A stretch of 34,840 bases of DNA, taken from assembly GCA_900550855.1 (NCBI GenBank), contig URTQ01000001.1, positions 1 to 34,840 of the forward strand, in the 5' to 3' direction. The position numbers and the translations under genes are program-made. The DNA comes from an uncultured Eubacteriales bacterium (GTDB taxonomy: Bacteria; Bacillota; Clostridia; Christensenellales; CAG-917). The notes beneath the pieces are model-generated. The model worked only from the letters and a program-made list of their open reading frames with translations, made no database searches and was not told the origin of the DNA. Position 1 is the first letter of the stretch. Every line of letters starts with the position of its first letter. Positions 8,088 through 17,293 of the stretch are shown here, one piece after another.

Positions 8088-8711
8088 TTATTTAGAGTAC
8101 AACTCGACGATAAGGTGTTCTTGGATGTCGAGGTCGATGTCGCTTCTTTCGGGAAGAGCAACAACCTTACCTGTGAGCGTAGCGTTGTCAAATTCGAGCC
8201 ATTTGACGAGGTTGAGATTCTTGGTTTCTTTGACGGTGTTCCACAAAGCAGAATCTTTCTTGTTTTCTTTGACGGCAACGACGTCGCCTGCTTTGACGAG
8301 GTAGGACGGAATGTCCACAGTTTTGCCGTTGACGGTGATGTGACCGTGGTTGACGATTTGGCGAGCCATTGCTCTTGAAGTGCCGAGACCGAGACGATAC
8401 ACAACGTTGTCAAGACGTCTTTCGATAAGCACGAGCATGTTGTCACCGGTGACGCCGCGCATTTCGGACGCTCTGTCGTAGTACATCTTGAATTGTTTTT
8501 CGGTTACGCCGTAGTAGCGTTTGGTTTTTTGTTTCTCACGAAGTTGAACGCTGTAACCGCTCGCCTTCTTTCTTCCCTTGCCGTGATCACCCGGGGGTGC
8601 GTATTTTGTGAGAAGGGGGCATTTTGTAGAACCGCACTTCTCGCCTTTGAGATAGAGTTTGCATCCTTCGCGTCTGCAAAGACGGCAATCTGCTCCTGTA
8701 TATTTAGCCAT
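8088..8711 (-). CDS. rpsD: 30S ribosomal protein S4 (uS4)
   Basis: MAKYTGADCRLCRREGCKLYLKGEKC and an S4 RNA-binding domain (RLDNVVYRLGL). SD AGGAGG. Confidence 0.95.
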   Translation of the reverse strand: MAKYTGADCRLCRREGCKLYLKGEKCGSTKCPLLTKYAPPGDHGKGRKKASGYSVQLREKQKTKRYYGVTEKQFKMYYDRASEMRGVTGDNMLVLIERRLDNVVYRLGLGTSRAMARQIVNHGHITVNGKTVDIPSYLVKAGDVVAVKENKKDSALWNTVKETKNLNLVKWLEFDNATLTGKVVALPERSDIDLDIQEHLIVELYSK

Positions 8712-8728
8712 AGTTTAAGTCCTCCTAA

Positions 8729-9124
8729 TTACAGTCTTCTCGCCTTGGGCGGACGGCATCCGTTGTGAGGAATCGGGGATACGTCTTGAATGAGCGTAAC
8801 TTCGATACCGACGTTTGCGAGTGCGCGGATTGCGCTCTCTCTGCCTTGACCGGGACCTTTGACGTAGACTTCAACGCTTCTCATACCTTGATCGTAAGCA
8901 ACTTTGGCTGCGTCTTCGCTGACCATTTGTGCTGCGAACGGGGTGGATTTACGGCTGCCGCGAAGTTTGAGTTTGCCTGCGGAAGACCAAGAGATAGCGT
9001 TTCCGTTCATATCTGTGATAGTAACGATTGTGTTGTTGAAAGAAGCGTGAATATGCACTTGACCTTTTTCAACGCGTTTGATATCTTTTCTTTTCTTAAT
9101 AGCTTTTCTTGCGATACCTGCCAT
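8729..9124 (-). CDS. rpsK: 30S ribosomal protein S11 (uS11)
   Basis: [27 protein letters not shown] and [21 protein letters not shown]. Confidence 0.95.
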   Translation of the reverse strand: MAGIARKAIKKRKDIKRVEKGQVHIHASFNNTIVTITDMNGNAISWSSAGKLKLRGSRKSTPFAAQMVSEDAAKVAYDQGMRSVEVYVKGPGQGRESAIRALANVGIEVTLIQDVSPIPHNGCRPPKARRL

Positions 9125-9136
9125 AGTCGCGCCTCC

Positions 9137-9505
9137 TTATTTCTTGCTGCGGCTGACTGCGCGCTTAGGACCTTTTCTCGTACGAGCGTTTTGTTTTGTG
9201 TTTTGACCGCGTACGGGAAGGCCTTTTCTGTGACGTACGCCGCGATAGCAACCGATTTCCATCAATCTCTTAATGTTGAGACCGACTTCTCTTTTGAGGT
9301 CGCCTTCGACGTGCAAATGTTGTTCGATGTAATCACGAATGAGACTGACTTGATCTTCGCTCAAATCCTTGACGCGAATATCGGGATTGATGCCGGTCTC
9401 TTTCAAAATCTTTTGAGAAGTTGCAAGTCCGATACCATAGATGTAGGTAAGTCCGTATTCAACTCTCTTGTCGCGCGGAAGATCCACGCCGGCGATTCTT
9501 GCCAT
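9137..9505 (-). CDS. rpsM: 30S ribosomal protein S13 (uS13)
   Basis: [34 protein letters not shown]. Confidence 0.95.
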   Translation of the reverse strand: MARIAGVDLPRDKRVEYGLTYIYGIGLATSQKILKETGINPDIRVKDLSEDQVSLIRDYIEQHLHVEGDLKREVGLNIKRLMEIGCYRGVRHRKGLPVRGQNTKQNARTRKGPKRAVSRSKK

Positions 9506-9673
9506 TTTCTACCTCCGAAATAGTGAAAAAAGTGTTTTTTTTATATGCCACGCATAGGTAGTTGCCGTAAGATGTGGAATGAAGCAACCAGCCGCCCTAC
9601 GCTTTTTGCCGAATTTTACTTTTGAAGTCGAGGCGGAGCGTTGCCTCAAAACGTCAAAAGCCCGACGCTACAA

Positions 9674-9790
9674 TCAACCTTGACGTTGTTTGTGGTTGGG
9701 ATACTTTGAGCAGATAACCATAACTCTGCCGTTTCTTTTGATAACTTTGCATTTGTCGCACATAGGCTTGACGCTGGGTCTGACTTTCAT
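9674..9790 (-). CDS. rpmJ: 50S ribosomal protein L36 (bL36), zinc-ribbon type; absent from the supplied ORF track
   Basis: Hand translation of the minus strand gives [38 protein letters not shown] followed by TGA. SD GGAGGT lies 6 nt upstream. Canonical position between infA and rpsM. Confidence 0.9.
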   Translation of the reverse strand: MKVRPSVKPMCDKCKVIKRNGRVMVICSKYPNHKQRQG

Positions 9791-9836
9791 AGTTAACCTC
9801 CTAAATGAGTCCTTTGTTTTCGATGTTTCGATGACC

Positions 9837-10055
9837 TTATTTGTTGCGGTAGATTATTCTGCCTTTTGTCAGGTCGTACGGCGACATTTCGATTTTGACT
9901 TTGTCGCCTTCGAGAATTCTAATGTTGTTGATACGCAACTTTCCGCCGAGATACGCAAGAATCTCGTGTCCGTTTGTGAGCATCACTCTGAATTGAGTTT
10001 TGGGCAAAACTTCGATGACTTTGCCTTCGGTTTCGATAACGTCTTCTTTTGACAT
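9837..10055 (-). CDS. infA: Translation initiation factor IF-1
   Basis: [41 protein letters not shown] is an S1-like fold sequence. Confidence 0.95.
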   Translation of the reverse strand: MSKEDVIETEGKVIEVLPKTQFRVMLTNGHEILAYLGGKLRINNIRILEGDKVKIEMSPYDLTKGRIIYRNK

Positions 10056-10064
10056 AGAGTCCTC

Positions 10065-10331
10065 TTAATTGTTGTTGTCGTTGTAAAAACGAAGTGCGCT
10101 GAACAGTTCCTGATCGAACACTTGCGCGCCGTTTTTGATTTTTTCGGCAATCTTTTCGAGCACGTCGCCCGTTGATTGCAGATGTTTTACGTTTTTGAGT
10201 TTCGCGTTTTTGATATGGCGCAGATTTCCGTCCGCGATTCTCACCGTGTTTTCGTCCACGATCTCGACGACTGCGTAATACGCGCCTTGGTCGCGACCTG
10301 CTTTTGAATAAACGATAGAACCGATTTCCAT
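10065..10331 (-). CDS. Small KOW-domain RNA-binding protein (YbzG-like), in the usual map-infA position in Bacillota
   Basis: N-terminus IGSIVYSKAGRDQGAYYAVVEI is a KOW motif. Conserved synteny between map and infA. Confidence 0.7.
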   Translation of the reverse strand: MEIGSIVYSKAGRDQGAYYAVVEIVDENTVRIADGNLRHIKNAKLKNVKHLQSTGDVLEKIAEKIKNGAQVFDQELFSALRFYNDNNN

Positions 10332-10332
10332 A

Positions 10333-11070
10333 TCAAAGCGTAAGTATTTCAGCCCCGTTTTCTGTCAGGGCAACAGTGTTTTCGTAGTGAGCGGAAGGTT
10401 TTCCGTCGAGAGTGACGCATTTCCAACCGTCTTCGAGCGTTTGCCACGTTCCCATATTGACCATCGGTTCGATTGCAAGCACCATACCCACTTCGAGTTT
10501 CGGACCGTGTCCCGCCTTTCCGTAGTTCGGCACTGCGGGGTCTTCGTGCATTTCTCTGCCGATCCCGTGACCGACCATCGACCTTACGACGCCGTAGCCG
10601 CGAGATTCGTTGTAAACCTGCACCGCGTGCGATATGTCACCGAGTCTGCCGCCTGCCTTGAATTGCTTTACGCCCTCGAAGAAACTCTCTCTCGTGGTGT
10701 CCACGAGGCGTTTCTTTTCTTCGCTGACTTCGCCTACGAGGAAGGTTCTTGCGGCGTCCGCTTGCCAACCCTTGAAAACGAGTCCGCAATCCACACCGAT
10801 TATCTCGCCCTCTTTAAGACGTCTGTCGGACGGGAATCCGTGAACGACGACTTCGTCTATCGAAGCGCATATAGTTCCGGGGAATCCGCCGTATCCGAGG
10901 AAGGACGGGGTCGAATCGTGCCTTTTGATGTAATCGTAGGCAAATTCGTCAAGACGCTTTGTAGATACGCCCGGTTTCACTCTGTCGCCGAGGAAGAGCA
11001 GGCAATCTCTGAGGATTGCGCCCGATTTCCTCATACATTCGATTTCGTGAGGGCTTTTGATGTTAATCAT
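10333..11070 (-). CDS. map: Type I methionine aminopeptidase
   Basis: Metal-ligand context VVHGFP, DCGLVFKGWQADAARTF, VGHGIGREMHE and LAIEPM. ATGA overlap with the adk stop. Confidence 0.95.
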   Translation of the reverse strand: MINIKSPHEIECMRKSGAILRDCLLFLGDRVKPGVSTKRLDEFAYDYIKRHDSTPSFLGYGGFPGTICASIDEVVVHGFPSDRRLKEGEIIGVDCGLVFKGWQADAARTFLVGEVSEEKKRLVDTTRESFFEGVKQFKAGGRLGDISHAVQVYNESRGYGVVRSMVGHGIGREMHEDPAVPNYGKAGHGPKLEVGMVLAIEPMVNMGTWQTLEDGWKCVTLDGKPSAHYENTVALTENGAEILTL

Positions 11071-11687
11071 TCAAGCACCTTCTTTATATCCGCAAAAATT
11101 TCTTCTTTCGTGCCGTTGGCTTTGATGTCCACGACTTTGTTTTGCGAACGATAGTAATCGATGAGCGGTTGAGTTTGGTCGCTGTACACTCTGAGTCTGT
11201 TCTTCACGGTTTCGGGCTTGTCGTCGTCGCGAATGAAAAGTTCCTTTCCGCAACGCTTGCAAGTCGTTTCGCCGTTGAGCATAGAAACGTGATAAGTTTC
11301 GCCGCACACGCAAACCCTTCTGCCGCCGAGTCTGTCGATAATGGTTTCAAACGGAACGTCGATGTTGATTGCAAGGTCGATTCTGGCAACCTTGTCGAGA
11401 GCCTCTGCCTGAGCGATCGTTCTGGGGAATCCGTCGAGGATGTATCCGTTTTTGCAATCGTCTTGCGAAAGTCTGTCTTCAACCAAGCCGATGACCACTT
11501 CGTCGGGAACGAGTCCGCCCGATTCGACGAAAGCCTTTGCTTTCAAGCCGAGAGGCGTGCCTTCCTTCATATTGCGACGGAGTATGTCACCCGTTGAGAT
11601 GTGAGGAACTTTGAATTCCTCTGCGATCATCGCCGCTTGCGTACCTTTTCCTGCGCCCGGAGCGCCTAATAATATAATATTTTTCAT
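11067..11687 (-). CDS. adk: Adenylate kinase
   Basis: P-loop GAPGAGKGTQA and a lid with CVCGETYH...CKRCG. There is no SD in the 20 nt upstream of the ATG. Confidence 0.95.
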   Translation of the reverse strand: MKNIILLGAPGAGKGTQAAMIAEEFKVPHISTGDILRRNMKEGTPLGLKAKAFVESGGLVPDEVVIGLVEDRLSQDDCKNGYILDGFPRTIAQAEALDKVARIDLAINIDVPFETIIDRLGGRRVCVCGETYHVSMLNGETTCKRCGKELFIRDDDKPETVKNRLRVYSDQTQPLIDYYRSQNKVVDIKANGTKEEIFADIKKVLE

Positions 11688-11695
11688 AATTATTT

Positions 11696-11724
11696 ATTAT
11701 AGCACTTTTTCGTCCCGATGGCAA
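11696..11724 (-). promoter_or_regulatory. Near-consensus extended -10 promoter immediately upstream of adk
   Basis: On the minus strand, TTGCCA (11724..11719), a 17-nt spacer ending in TGc, then TATAAT (11701..11696). Only 8 nt (AAATAATT) separate the -10 from the adk ATG. Confidence 0.45.
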
Positions 11725-11787
11725 ACAAATCATCGAGTGATTTGCGCCATCGAGCAAAAAATATGGGTTTGTTTGTCGTTTTCTCTC

Positions 11788-13113
11788 TTATTTGAGGAAG
11801 CCTTTGTAGTGCTTCATCATAATTTGAGATTCGAGTTGCTTGTTGAGTTCGAGCGCGACGGACACGACGATGAGCAAACCTGTTGCCGAGAACGAGTTTG
11901 CAAACGGAAGTGCTGGTGCGGCCCAAGAGCCGTTGCCCATAGCGAGCGCTCTGAACAAGAAGGTCGGGATGAGGGACAAGCACATAAGGAACACAGCACC
12001 GAAGAAGGTGATTCTGTTGTTAATCTTTTTGAGGAAGTCGCTTGTCGGTTTGCCCGCTCTTATGCCGGGGATAAATCCGCCGTATTGTTGAATGTTTTTG
12101 GATACGTCTTCGGGATTGAACTGGATTTGAGCGTAGAAATAACTAAATCCGAGAATGAACAATGCCAAGAGGACGTAGTAGACTGCCGTACCGCTTCCCA
12201 TATAAGTCGCATACCAAGTCGCAGCGGAAGTGTCGCTGAAAAAGAGTTGGATGATCATTTGCGGGAACATAAGCAAGGACGACGCGAAAATGATGGGCAT
12301 AACGCCGCTACCGTTGACGCGAATGGGGATATACGTCGTTTGACCGCCGTACATCTTGTTGCCCTTGATTTGTTTAGAGTACTGCACCGTGATTCTTCTC
12401 TCTGCGCCGTCCATAAAGACGATGAACACGAATATGAGGACAACCAACGCGATGAAGCCGAGGATGTTCCAGATATAAGTCCATTCGTTGCCGACGAGTT
12501 TGAAGGATTCCGCCATAGTAGTGCCTGCGGTCGAAAGGATACCGATGAAGATGATGATTGACGTACCGTTGCCGATGCCGTATTCGGTGATTCTTTCGCT
12601 GAGCCACATAACCATAACGCTGCCCGCCACCAAGATGACGATAGTCAGAGCCATTGTCAGAATGGGATTATCCGCACTCGCTTCGAAAGAGAACACGTCG
12701 AGGAAGTAACTCTTAAACGCCACGACGATACCGATTGCTTGCACGACGGCAAGCACGACGGCAACGATTCTCGTGATTTGCGTGAGTTTCTTTCTGCCTT
12801 CTTCACCTTCTTTGGACAACTTTTCGAGCGCGGGAATGACCAGCGCGAGAAGTTGCATAATAATCGACGAGTTGATGAACGGCAACACGCCGAGCGCAAA
12901 CAAGGTGGCGTTCTGCATCGAACCGCCCGTTATGACGTTGAGGATGCTGAGGAAGTCTGAATTGAATGCCGTAGCCTTTTGCATCGCAGCAATGTCGAAA
13001 GTCGGGATGGGGATGTAGCATCCGATTCTGTAAACGAGGATAAGAGCGAGAGTAATCCAAATCTTCACTCTTATTTCCTTCGTTTTGAATGCGTTTTTGA
13101 GTGTCTCAAACAT
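11788..13113 (-). CDS. secY: Preprotein translocase subunit SecY
   Basis: A 441-aa polytopic membrane protein starting [22 protein letters not shown]. Position after rplO. TAATG overlap with the rplO stop. Confidence 0.95.
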   Translation of the reverse strand: MFETLKNAFKTKEIRVKIWITLALILVYRIGCYIPIPTFDIAAMQKATAFNSDFLSILNVITGGSMQNATLFALGVLPFINSSIIMQLLALVIPALEKLSKEGEEGRKKLTQITRIVAVVLAVVQAIGIVVAFKSYFLDVFSFEASADNPILTMALTIVILVAGSVMVMWLSERITEYGIGNGTSIIIFIGILSTAGTTMAESFKLVGNEWTYIWNILGFIALVVLIFVFIVFMDGAERRITVQYSKQIKGNKMYGGQTTYIPIRVNGSGVMPIIFASSLLMFPQMIIQLFFSDTSAATWYATYMGSGTAVYYVLLALFILGFSYFYAQIQFNPEDVSKNIQQYGGFIPGIRAGKPTSDFLKKINNRITFFGAVFLMCLSLIPTFLFRALAMGNGSWAAPALPFANSFSATGLLIVVSVALELNKQLESQIMMKHYKGFLK

Positions 13114-13559
13114 TATAGCACCTCTGCTGTGCCGCCTGCCTTTTCGATTTTTTGAATTGCAGACGCGGTGAATTTGTTGGCTTTGATCGTAAGTTTCTTT
13201 TCAAGTTCGCCGTTGCCGAGGACTTTGAGTCCGTATGCTTCGACTTTCTTGATGATACCGCTTGCGACAAGCTCATCGATACCGACAACTGCTCCGTCTT
13301 CAAATCTGTTGAAAACGTCGATGTTGACCGTGTTGTAGACGTGTGCGAATCTCTTGTTGTTGAAACCGATCTTCGGAAGTCTTCTGGTCATCGGCATTTG
13401 GCCGCCTTCGAAGTTGGGACGAACGCCGCCGCCGCTTCTTGCCCATTGACCTTTATGTCCACGAGTAGATGTTTTACCCATACCGGAGCCGACGCCGCGA
13501 CCGATTCTCTTGGTAGCGGTTTTTGCGCCCTCTGCGGGTTTAAGATCTTGAATATTCAT
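13113..13559 (-). CDS. rplO: 50S ribosomal protein L15 (uL15)
   Basis: [22 protein letters not shown]. The start was trimmed to the ATG at 13559 ([11 protein letters not shown]), after AGGAGGAAC. Confidence 0.93.
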   Translation of the reverse strand: MNIQDLKPAEGAKTATKRIGRGVGSGMGKTSTRGHKGQWARSGGGVRPNFEGGQMPMTRRLPKIGFNNKRFAHVYNTVNIDVFNRFEDGAVVGIDELVASGIIKKVEAYGLKVLGNGELEKKLTIKANKFTASAIQKIEKAGGTAEVL

Positions 13560-13569
13560 ATGTTCCTCC

Positions 13570-13779
13570 TCACGCTTCCTCAACCTTGACAAGGTGAGAA
13601 ACTTTTGCGATCTTTCCTCTCACGCAAGCGTCGTCTGCGAAAGTTCTGGAATTGCCGATTTTGTGCAAGCCCATTGCTTCGAGGTTGGCTTTTTGATTTT
13701 TGAGGATGCCGTTTGCGCTCTTAACGAGAGTGACTTTGATCATTTTGACTTCTGCTTTTGCTTCTGCTTTCTTTGCCAT
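13570..13779 (-). CDS. rpmD: 50S ribosomal protein L30 (uL30) with a short Lys/Ala-rich N-terminal extension
   Basis: [39 protein letters not shown] precedes the ATG at 13779. No SD precedes the internal Met. Confidence 0.9.
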   Translation of the reverse strand: MAKKAEAKAEVKMIKVTLVKSANGILKNQKANLEAMGLHKIGNSRTFADDACVRGKIAKVSHLVKVEEA

Positions 13780-13793
13780 AGTACACCTCTCGA

Positions 13794-14312
13794 TTAGTCA
13801 GCCACGACGTCTACGCCGCGAAGTTGCGCGATTTGCTCTGCGTTGCGAAGACTCATAAGACCTTCGAGCGTTGCTTTTGCGCTGTTGATGGGGTTGTTAG
13901 AGCCGAGTGATTTGGTTCTGATGTCCTTTACGCCTGCGGTTTCGAGCACCATACGGACTGCGCCGCCCGCGATGACGCCGGTACCTTCTTCGGCAGGAAG
14001 AAGAAGAACTTGACCACGACCGAATTTACCCGTCGTTGCGTGAGGAATTGTGTTGCCTTTCAAAGAAACAGTCACGAGGTTGCGTTTTGCAAATTGCGTT
14101 GCTTTCTCGATTGCTTCGGGAACTTCCGCCGCTTTGCCCATACCGAGACCCACTTTGCCGTTGCCGTCGCCGACTACCACGAGTGCGGAAAAGCGCATGT
14201 TCTTGCCGCCCTTGGTGGTTTTGGTGACGCGGTTGACAGCGATGAGTTTCTTGTTCAAACCGTCGTTTTCTTCTCTGTTTCTATCGTTTCTTCTATCACG
14301 ATTTTCTGCCAT
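13794..14312 (-). CDS. rpsE: 30S ribosomal protein S5 (uS5)
   Basis: [39 protein letters not shown]. Confidence 0.95.
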   Translation of the reverse strand: MAENRDRRNDRNREENDGLNKKLIAVNRVTKTTKGGKNMRFSALVVVGDGNGKVGLGMGKAAEVPEAIEKATQFAKRNLVTVSLKGNTIPHATTGKFGRGQVLLLPAEEGTGVIAGGAVRMVLETAGVKDIRTKSLGSNNPINSAKATLEGLMSLRNAEQIAQLRGVDVVAD

Positions 14313-14323
14313 AATTCCTCCGA

Positions 14324-14692
14324 TTAAAACTCAAGACCGGCTTCTCTTGCGCCGTCGGCGAGAGATTGAACTCTGCCGGTGTAAAGATAGCCGCCTCTGT
14401 CGAACACGACTTCTTTGATGCCGATTGCCTGAGCCTTTTCAGCAATTGCCTTGCCGACGACTTTTGCAACTTCGCTCTTGGAAAGGTCTGCGGTTTGAGC
14501 CGCAATCGCTTTTTCGAGGTCGGATGCCGCGCAAAGAGTGTTGCCCTTCACGTCGTCGATCAATTGAGCATAGATATGGTTTGTGCTTCTGTACACGCTG
14601 AGACGAGGTCTTTCGGCAGTGCCGCTGACTTTCTTTCTGACTCTTGCGTGACGAATGATTCTATCTGCGTTTTTATCTTTTTTGCTTATCAT
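14324..14692 (-). CDS. rplR: 50S ribosomal protein L18 (uL18)
   Basis: [37 protein letters not shown] and [26 protein letters not shown]. Confidence 0.95.
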   Translation of the reverse strand: MISKKDKNADRIIRHARVRKKVSGTAERPRLSVYRSTNHIYAQLIDDVKGNTLCAASDLEKAIAAQTADLSKSEVAKVVGKAIAEKAQAIGIKEVVFDRGGYLYTGRVQSLADGAREAGLEF

Positions 14693-14704
14693 ACTTCACC
14701 TCAA

Positions 14705-15247
14705 TTACTTCGTGGCTCTCTTGCCGACTTTGTGGATGACGGTTTCATCCTTGTAGTGAATGCCGTAGTTGTGATACGGTTCGACCGGTTTGATAGCCTT
14801 GATGGTTGCAGCGGTTTGACCGACGAGTTGGCGATCAATACCCTTCACGACGATTTCGAGGGGTTGGGGTTGCGCAAAAGTGATTCCTTCGGGTGCGGTG
14901 AACTCAACGGGATGAGAGAATCCGATGTTGAGGGTCATCTTGTTGTTGCCCGAAAGGGTGACCTTGTAACCGACGCCATTGACGACGAGGCTCTTTTCGA
15001 AGCCTTTCGTCACGCCAACCACCATATTGTGGATGAGCGCGCGGTAAAGTCCGTGCAATGCGCGATGGTCTTTGTCGTCGGAATGACGAGTGCAGACGAC
15101 GTGTCCGTCCTCGACTTTGACGTCGATGGATTTGTCAACCGTTTGAGAAAGTGCGCCGAGCGGGCCTTTCACGGAAACGAGGTTGTTGTTGATTTCAACT
15201 GTTACACCTTGCGGAATGGCAATAGGTGCTCTACCGATTCTTGACAT
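14705..15247 (-). CDS. rplF: 50S ribosomal protein L6 (uL6)
   Basis: MSRIGRAPIAIPQGVTVEINNNLVSVKGPLG. The start was trimmed to the ATG at 15247, after GGGGGTG. Confidence 0.93.
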   Translation of the reverse strand: MSRIGRAPIAIPQGVTVEINNNLVSVKGPLGALSQTVDKSIDVKVEDGHVVCTRHSDDKDHRALHGLYRALIHNMVVGVTKGFEKSLVVNGVGYKVTLSGNNKMTLNIGFSHPVEFTAPEGITFAQPQPLEIVVKGIDRQLVGQTAATIKAIKPVEPYHNYGIHYKDETVIHKVGKRATK

Positions 15248-15258
15248 ATCGCACCCCC

Positions 15259-15654
15259 TTACCAAACGTATGCAAGCACTTCGCCGCCGACGTGCTGTGC
15301 TTTCGCTTCCTTATCGGTGAGGATACCCTTGGAAGTGGAAAGGATTGCAATGCCCATTCCGTTGAGAACCTTGGGAAGATTGTCCACACCTGCGTAGACG
15401 CGAAGACCGGGTGTTGAAACTCTTTTAAGACCGGTGACGACCTTTTGACCCTTGACGGGTGCGTATTTGAGAGTGATGACGATGTTGTTTTGAACTGCGC
15501 CGTCAACAACTTCAAATCCTTTGACGTAACCTTCTTTAACGAGTATTTCTGCTATTGCGACCTTGATTTTGCTCGCCGGAACTTCAACCGTTTCGTGCTT
15601 TGCGGTCAAGGCATTTCTAATTCTTGTAAGCATATCTGCAATGGGATCAGTCAT
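15259..15654 (-). CDS. rpsH: 30S ribosomal protein S8 (uS8)
   Basis: [15 protein letters not shown]. Confidence 0.95.
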   Translation of the reverse strand: MTDPIADMLTRIRNALTAKHETVEVPASKIKVAIAEILVKEGYVKGFEVVDGAVQNNIVITLKYAPVKGQKVVTGLKRVSTPGLRVYAGVDNLPKVLNGMGIAILSTSKGILTDKEAKAQHVGGEVLAYVW

Positions 15655-15669
15655 TTTTAGTGCCTCCTC

Positions 15670-15855
15670 TTACCAACTTGCCTTCTTCACTCCGGGAATC
15701 TCACCTTTGTAAGCGAGGTTTCTGAAGCAAACTCTGCAAATACCGTACTTTTTGAGCACGGCGTGGGGACGTCCGCAAATACGGCAACGTGTATATTCAC
15801 GCGTCGAGAACTTTTGTGGTCTTTGTTGCTTAATTTTCATTGATGTTTTGGCCAT
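15670..15855 (-). CDS. rpsN: 30S ribosomal protein S14, type Z (zinc-binding short form)
   Basis: 61 aa with [22 protein letters not shown] (CxxC...CxxC). Confidence 0.95.
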   Translation of the reverse strand: MAKTSMKIKQQRPQKFSTREYTRCRICGRPHAVLKKYGICRVCFRNLAYKGEIPGVKKASW

Positions 15856-15865
15856 AGTTCACTCC

Positions 15866-16474
15866 TTACTTCGCAAAAGGCATTCCGAGCAGTTTGAGAA
15901 GTTCTCTTGCCTCTTCGTCGGTTTTTGCCGTCGTAACGATACAAATATCGAAACCGCGAACCTTTTCAACTTTGTCGAATTCGATTTCGGGGAAGATGAG
16001 TTGTTCTTTCACGCCGACTGCGTAGTTGCCTCTGCCGTCAAACGACTTAGAGGAAATGCCGCGGAAGTCGCGGACGCGAGGAAGCGCGATGGAAATGAAC
16101 TTGTCGAGGAAGTCGTACATTCTGTTGCCGCGAAGCGTAACTTTTGCGCCGACGTTCATACCTTCTCTCACCTTGAAGTTTGCAACGGATTTCTTTGCTG
16201 TTGTGATAACCGGTTTTTGACCTGCAATCATTTTGAGTTCCTCAACTGCGAGTTGCAGTGATTTGCTGTTGTCTTTGCAGTCGCCCAAGCCCATATTAAG
16301 CACAATTTTTTCAAGACGAGGGACCTCGTTGATGTTCTTGTAGCCAAAGCGTTTGATGAGAGCCGGTACGACCTCTTCGGCGTACTGTTTTCTCATACGG
16401 TATCTTTCAGCATTACCAGCATTCGTCTTATCGGTTGCAGGTTCCTTAGCAACCTGATTTTTCTTTTCTGCCAC
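15866..16474 (-). CDS. rplE: 50S ribosomal protein L5 (uL5), GTG start with a ~25-aa N-terminal extension
   Basis: Core [45 protein letters not shown] lies 6 nt before the GTG at 16474. The internal ATG (M27) has no SD. Confidence 0.9.
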   Translation of the reverse strand: MAEKKNQVAKEPATDKTNAGNAERYRMRKQYAEEVVPALIKRFGYKNINEVPRLEKIVLNMGLGDCKDNSKSLQLAVEELKMIAGQKPVITTAKKSVANFKVREGMNVGAKVTLRGNRMYDFLDKFISIALPRVRDFRGISSKSFDGRGNYAVGVKEQLIFPEIEFDKVEKVRGFDICIVTTAKTDEEARELLKLLGMPFAK

Positions 16475-16492
16475 GATATTACCTCCGATTTA

Positions 16493-16897
16493 TCAGTCCT
16501 TATCTGCGGACTTTTCTGCTTTCTTTTTTGCGGCTTTCTTTGCCACTTTCTTTGCAGATGGTTTCTTCTCGTCCAAAGACGCACCGCACTTGGGGCATAC
16601 GCGGACGGATTTTTGTTTACCGTTCACGTCTTTCACTTCGTGCTTAACTCTGACGACGTCGCCGCAACCTGCGCAAACGTGCATAACGTTGGATGCGTCG
16701 ATTGTGCCTTCTTGTTTGACGATGCCGCCCTTTTCTTGTGCGTTTCTGGGCTTTTTGCTCTTTGAAATGATGTTTACGCCTTCAACGTAGATTCTTCCGG
16801 TTTCGGGAACGACTTTGAGGACTTTGCCCACTTTGCCTTGATCCTTGCCGGTGATAACCATAACGTTGTCGCCTTTCTTAACACTCAATTTTGCCAT
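16493..16897 (-). CDS. rplX: 50S ribosomal protein L24 (uL24) with an embedded CxxC...CxxC motif and a Lys-rich tail
   Basis: KOW motif KKGDNVMVITGKDQGKVGKV, then VCAGCGDVVRV...VRVCPKCG and KKVAKKAAKKKAEK. Confidence 0.93.
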   Translation of the reverse strand: MAKLSVKKGDNVMVITGKDQGKVGKVLKVVPETGRIYVEGVNIISKSKKPRNAQEKGGIVKQEGTIDASNVMHVCAGCGDVVRVKHEVKDVNGKQKSVRVCPKCGASLDEKKPSAKKVAKKAAKKKAEKSADKD

Positions 16898-16911
16898 AAT
16901 AGTTGTCCTCC

Positions 16912-17280
16912 TTACAGCACTTCGGGTGCGAGAGAAATGATTTTGGTGTAATCCTTGTCACGAAGTTCTCTTGCGATAGGCCCAAAAATACGAGTGCCTT
17001 GTGGTTGTTTTTGGTTGTCGATGATGACTGCCGCATTGTCGTCGAACTTGATGTGGCTGCCGTCCTCGCGTTGAAGACCGAAGGTCGTGCGGACGATAAC
17101 TGCCTTTACGACGTCGCCCTTCTTAACCTTGCCGCCCGGGATAGCCGATTTGACGGATGCGACGATAACGTCGCCGATGTTTCCGCTTCTTCTGAAAGAA
17201 CCGCCCAGGACTCTGATGCACATAATTTCTTTGGCTCCGCTGTTGTCAGCGACTTTGAGCCAACTCAATGGTTGAATCAT
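16912..17280 (-). CDS. rplN: 50S ribosomal protein L14 (uL14)
   Basis: [27 protein letters not shown]. Confidence 0.95.
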   Translation of the reverse strand: MIQPLSWLKVADNSGAKEIMCIRVLGGSFRRSGNIGDVIVASVKSAIPGGKVKKGDVVKAVIVRTTFGLQREDGSHIKFDDNAAVIIDNQKQPQGTRIFGPIARELRDKDYTKIISLAPEVL

Positions 17281-17293
17281 AGCGTTCCTCCTA

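Noticed and set aside
11250-11330. Adenylate kinase lid reads CVC…CKRC (CxC instead of the usual CxxC)
   Set aside because: This is probably ordinary lineage variation in the Zn-lid. It is a single-residue difference that cannot be evaluated without an alignment.
11611-12561. 316-aa plus-strand ORF across the adk/secY region
   Set aside because: It is antisense to secY and spans an intergenic region. It has no motifs.
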